Positions 48,811 to 50,829 of a stretch of 50,829 bases of DNA are shown here, piece by piece. Position numbers and translations under genes: made by a program. The stretch comes from Octopus bimaculoides (Eukaryota), in contig NC_068983.1 of NCBI RefSeq assembly GCF_001194135.2, positions 135,242,614 through 135,293,442 on the forward strand. The letters run 5' to 3'. The stretch's first letter is position 1. Each line of letters begins with the position of its first letter. The notes beneath the pieces are model-generated. The model saw only the letters and a list, made by a program, of their open reading frames with translations, was not told the DNA's origin and made no database searches.

Positions 48811-49425
48811 GGCGGCGAGCTGGCAGAACCGTTAGCACGCCGGGCGAAATGCCTTGCGGTATTTCGTTTGTCACTATGCTCTGAGTTTAAATTCCGCCGA
48901 AGTCAACTTTGCTTTTCATCCTTTCGAGGTCGATAAATTAAGTACCAGTGAAACACTGGAGTCGACATAATCGATTAATCCTCCTCCCGCCCAAATTTCA
49001 GGCCTTATATCTTTAGTAGAAAGGATTATTATATTAATATAAGGCGGTGAGCTGGCAGAACCGTTAGCACACCGGACAAAATGCTTAGCGAGATTTCGTC
49101 CGTCTTTACATTCTGAGATCAGATTCAGCCAAGGTCGGCTTCACCTTTCATTCTTTCGGGGCCGATAAAATAAGCACCAGTCGGACGCAGAAGTCAATGT
49201 GATTGACTAACCCTTCTCCCATAGTGAGCTAACAGAATCTTTAGCGTGTGGAGCAAAATGCTTAGCGGTATTTCTCCTCATATTCCACCCGAGGTATACT
49301 TTACCTTGCATCCTTTCGGGATCGATAAAATAAGTATCAGTTCAGCTCTAGGGCTAAGACGATGTAGTCAACTTAGCTCATCCTCTAAAGCTGCTGGCCT
49401 TGTGCCAAAATTTGAAACCATTATC
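48811..49425 (+). mobile_element. Three head-to-tail SINE-B copies
   Basis: Heads at ~48811, ~49042 and ~49223, each with gcagaa.cgttagc...aaatgcttagcgg...catcctttcg.gg..gataaa. Confidence 0.9.
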
Positions 49426-50829
49426 ACAGTCTTATCATTTTATATCTAAGCTACATGGTCTCAAATTTATAAGAGCAAAGATATGAAAAGTTGTCATACC
49501 TTTACTGAAGGCGTCAGAAGGCGAAAATACGGCGAAAGTATTACGACCGCTGTATTAGTTTTATTCTACAGTGCCCAGCTACTTGTGAAGCTGTAACTGA
49601 AAGGTAAAATAATAATATGGATTATGTATCTAACTTCTGTTCTCTTCTAAAGATAATTTCTTTACAACGAAATTGAACAACACAGTTTAATTTTAGTAAG
49701 ACTAATCGACTCTATTTAAAATGAAACTGTTATGCAAGATCTTAGGTCATATCAAGCAGCTTTTGAATATTGTGTTGTTACATATACTGCAACTGATGAT
49801 TGAAAGGACAAAATATTGATTAATAATGCAAGTAAAATTATGTAAATTAAAAGTGAACTTTTAATCATAGAGAAAGTAGACTTCTCCTATAATGGCAGAT
49901 TGCATTAACATTATAACCTCAAAGCTATACTGAAGGAGAAACATTTTGTATAGTCACCCCACCTAAATGGTCTGCAATGAGGTTTATCCCATAAAGTAGA
50001 TAATGACAAAGATATAAAGAAAGGAGCTCAAGTTGGATTAACGATCTTTTTCACTTCATACTGTGAAGACATTGTCATTCAAGGGCAAGTGAAAGATGAT
50101 AAATATTTCACAGAGATGTATCTAGACTACCATATGGACATGTATCTAGATGACTATGTTCAGATAACAGACATAGGCTTTGTGTAGAAGGCGTATACAT
50201 ATCACAAATTAGCTACCACACCATTCTGCCGGGTTATTTGGAAACAAAGACGATACAAACTCGAACCAGAATGTAGTATCTTTAACTCCATTAAAAAAGT
50301 ATATCGCTGGAATATTCTGATGAAAACGAATATAAAATTTTGAACTAATGTACTATAATTTCATGGAAGTCAGTTTAACAAAAGTAACCCATCCGAAATC
50401 AGAGAAAAATAATAAACAGGAGCTAATTGACCTAAAAGTGACTGTTTTCAGATTACACGATCAAATTTATAACTCTAGGTGCATCTAATTACGTCACTAG
50501 ATGTTTATGCTGCTGATCCAATTATTCGATTTCAACCGATTAATGAACATTTGAGTCATGTATGACCTTTTTAAAGTTCAATTTTTGGCTTCAATTATGT
50601 TAGCATAAAGAAAACGAAAGAATTTATAAATATTGTGACAACACTCTTGACAAGCTTGGCCTAATGGCATGCATATACTTCTAAAATACGAAATCTTGTC
50701 CAAAATGTTCAAAGTAAACCGTGTTCTGCGTGAGAAATTACACCAGTATACGAAATTTCAAATTTAGTTTAAAAAATTAATAAAAAAATCTGTGAGCCAA
50801 ACTGAACAGATCTATATATGTATATATAT

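Noticed and set aside
49720-50490. Stop-poor + frame including a 68-codon stretch at 49981-50187
   Set aside because: No recognisable motif or good splice sites, and open frames this long are expected by chance in 50 kb; tBLASTn would settle it.

Overview
Eukaryotic, AT-rich, microsatellite-dense scaffold sequence with about 15 N-gaps; most of the ORF track is microsatellite or N read-through. The two dominant tRNA-headed SINE families look like those I recall from Octopus, so a coleoid cephalopod is inferred, not proven. I recognise no host protein-coding gene, only a few unproven + strand candidate exons. The window is mostly transposon debris. Retroelements: SINEs, RTE LINE pieces, RLE-type non-LTR fragments (HERO/NeSL-like and CRE-like), LTR-like pieces, and a stop-free Penelope-like GIY-YIG fragment. 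DNA elements: mariner/Tc1 derivatives, a hAT transposase remnant, and hAT, Mutator, Tigger and Kolobok-like MITEs. The most notable signals are: (1) a near-intact type I hammerhead ribozyme just downstream of the Penelope endonuclease ORF, plus three hammerhead-like relics, one inside a ~326-bp tandem unit; (2) a 333-bp multi-hairpin unit in tandem and inverted arrangement; (3) a ~1-kb diverged inverted repeat pair 4 kb apart; (4) a truncated hAT bracketed by a 120-bp direct duplication. No CRISPR array, rRNA or true tRNA gene is supported. Family assignments come from remembered motifs, not database searches, and boundaries of decayed elements are approximate.
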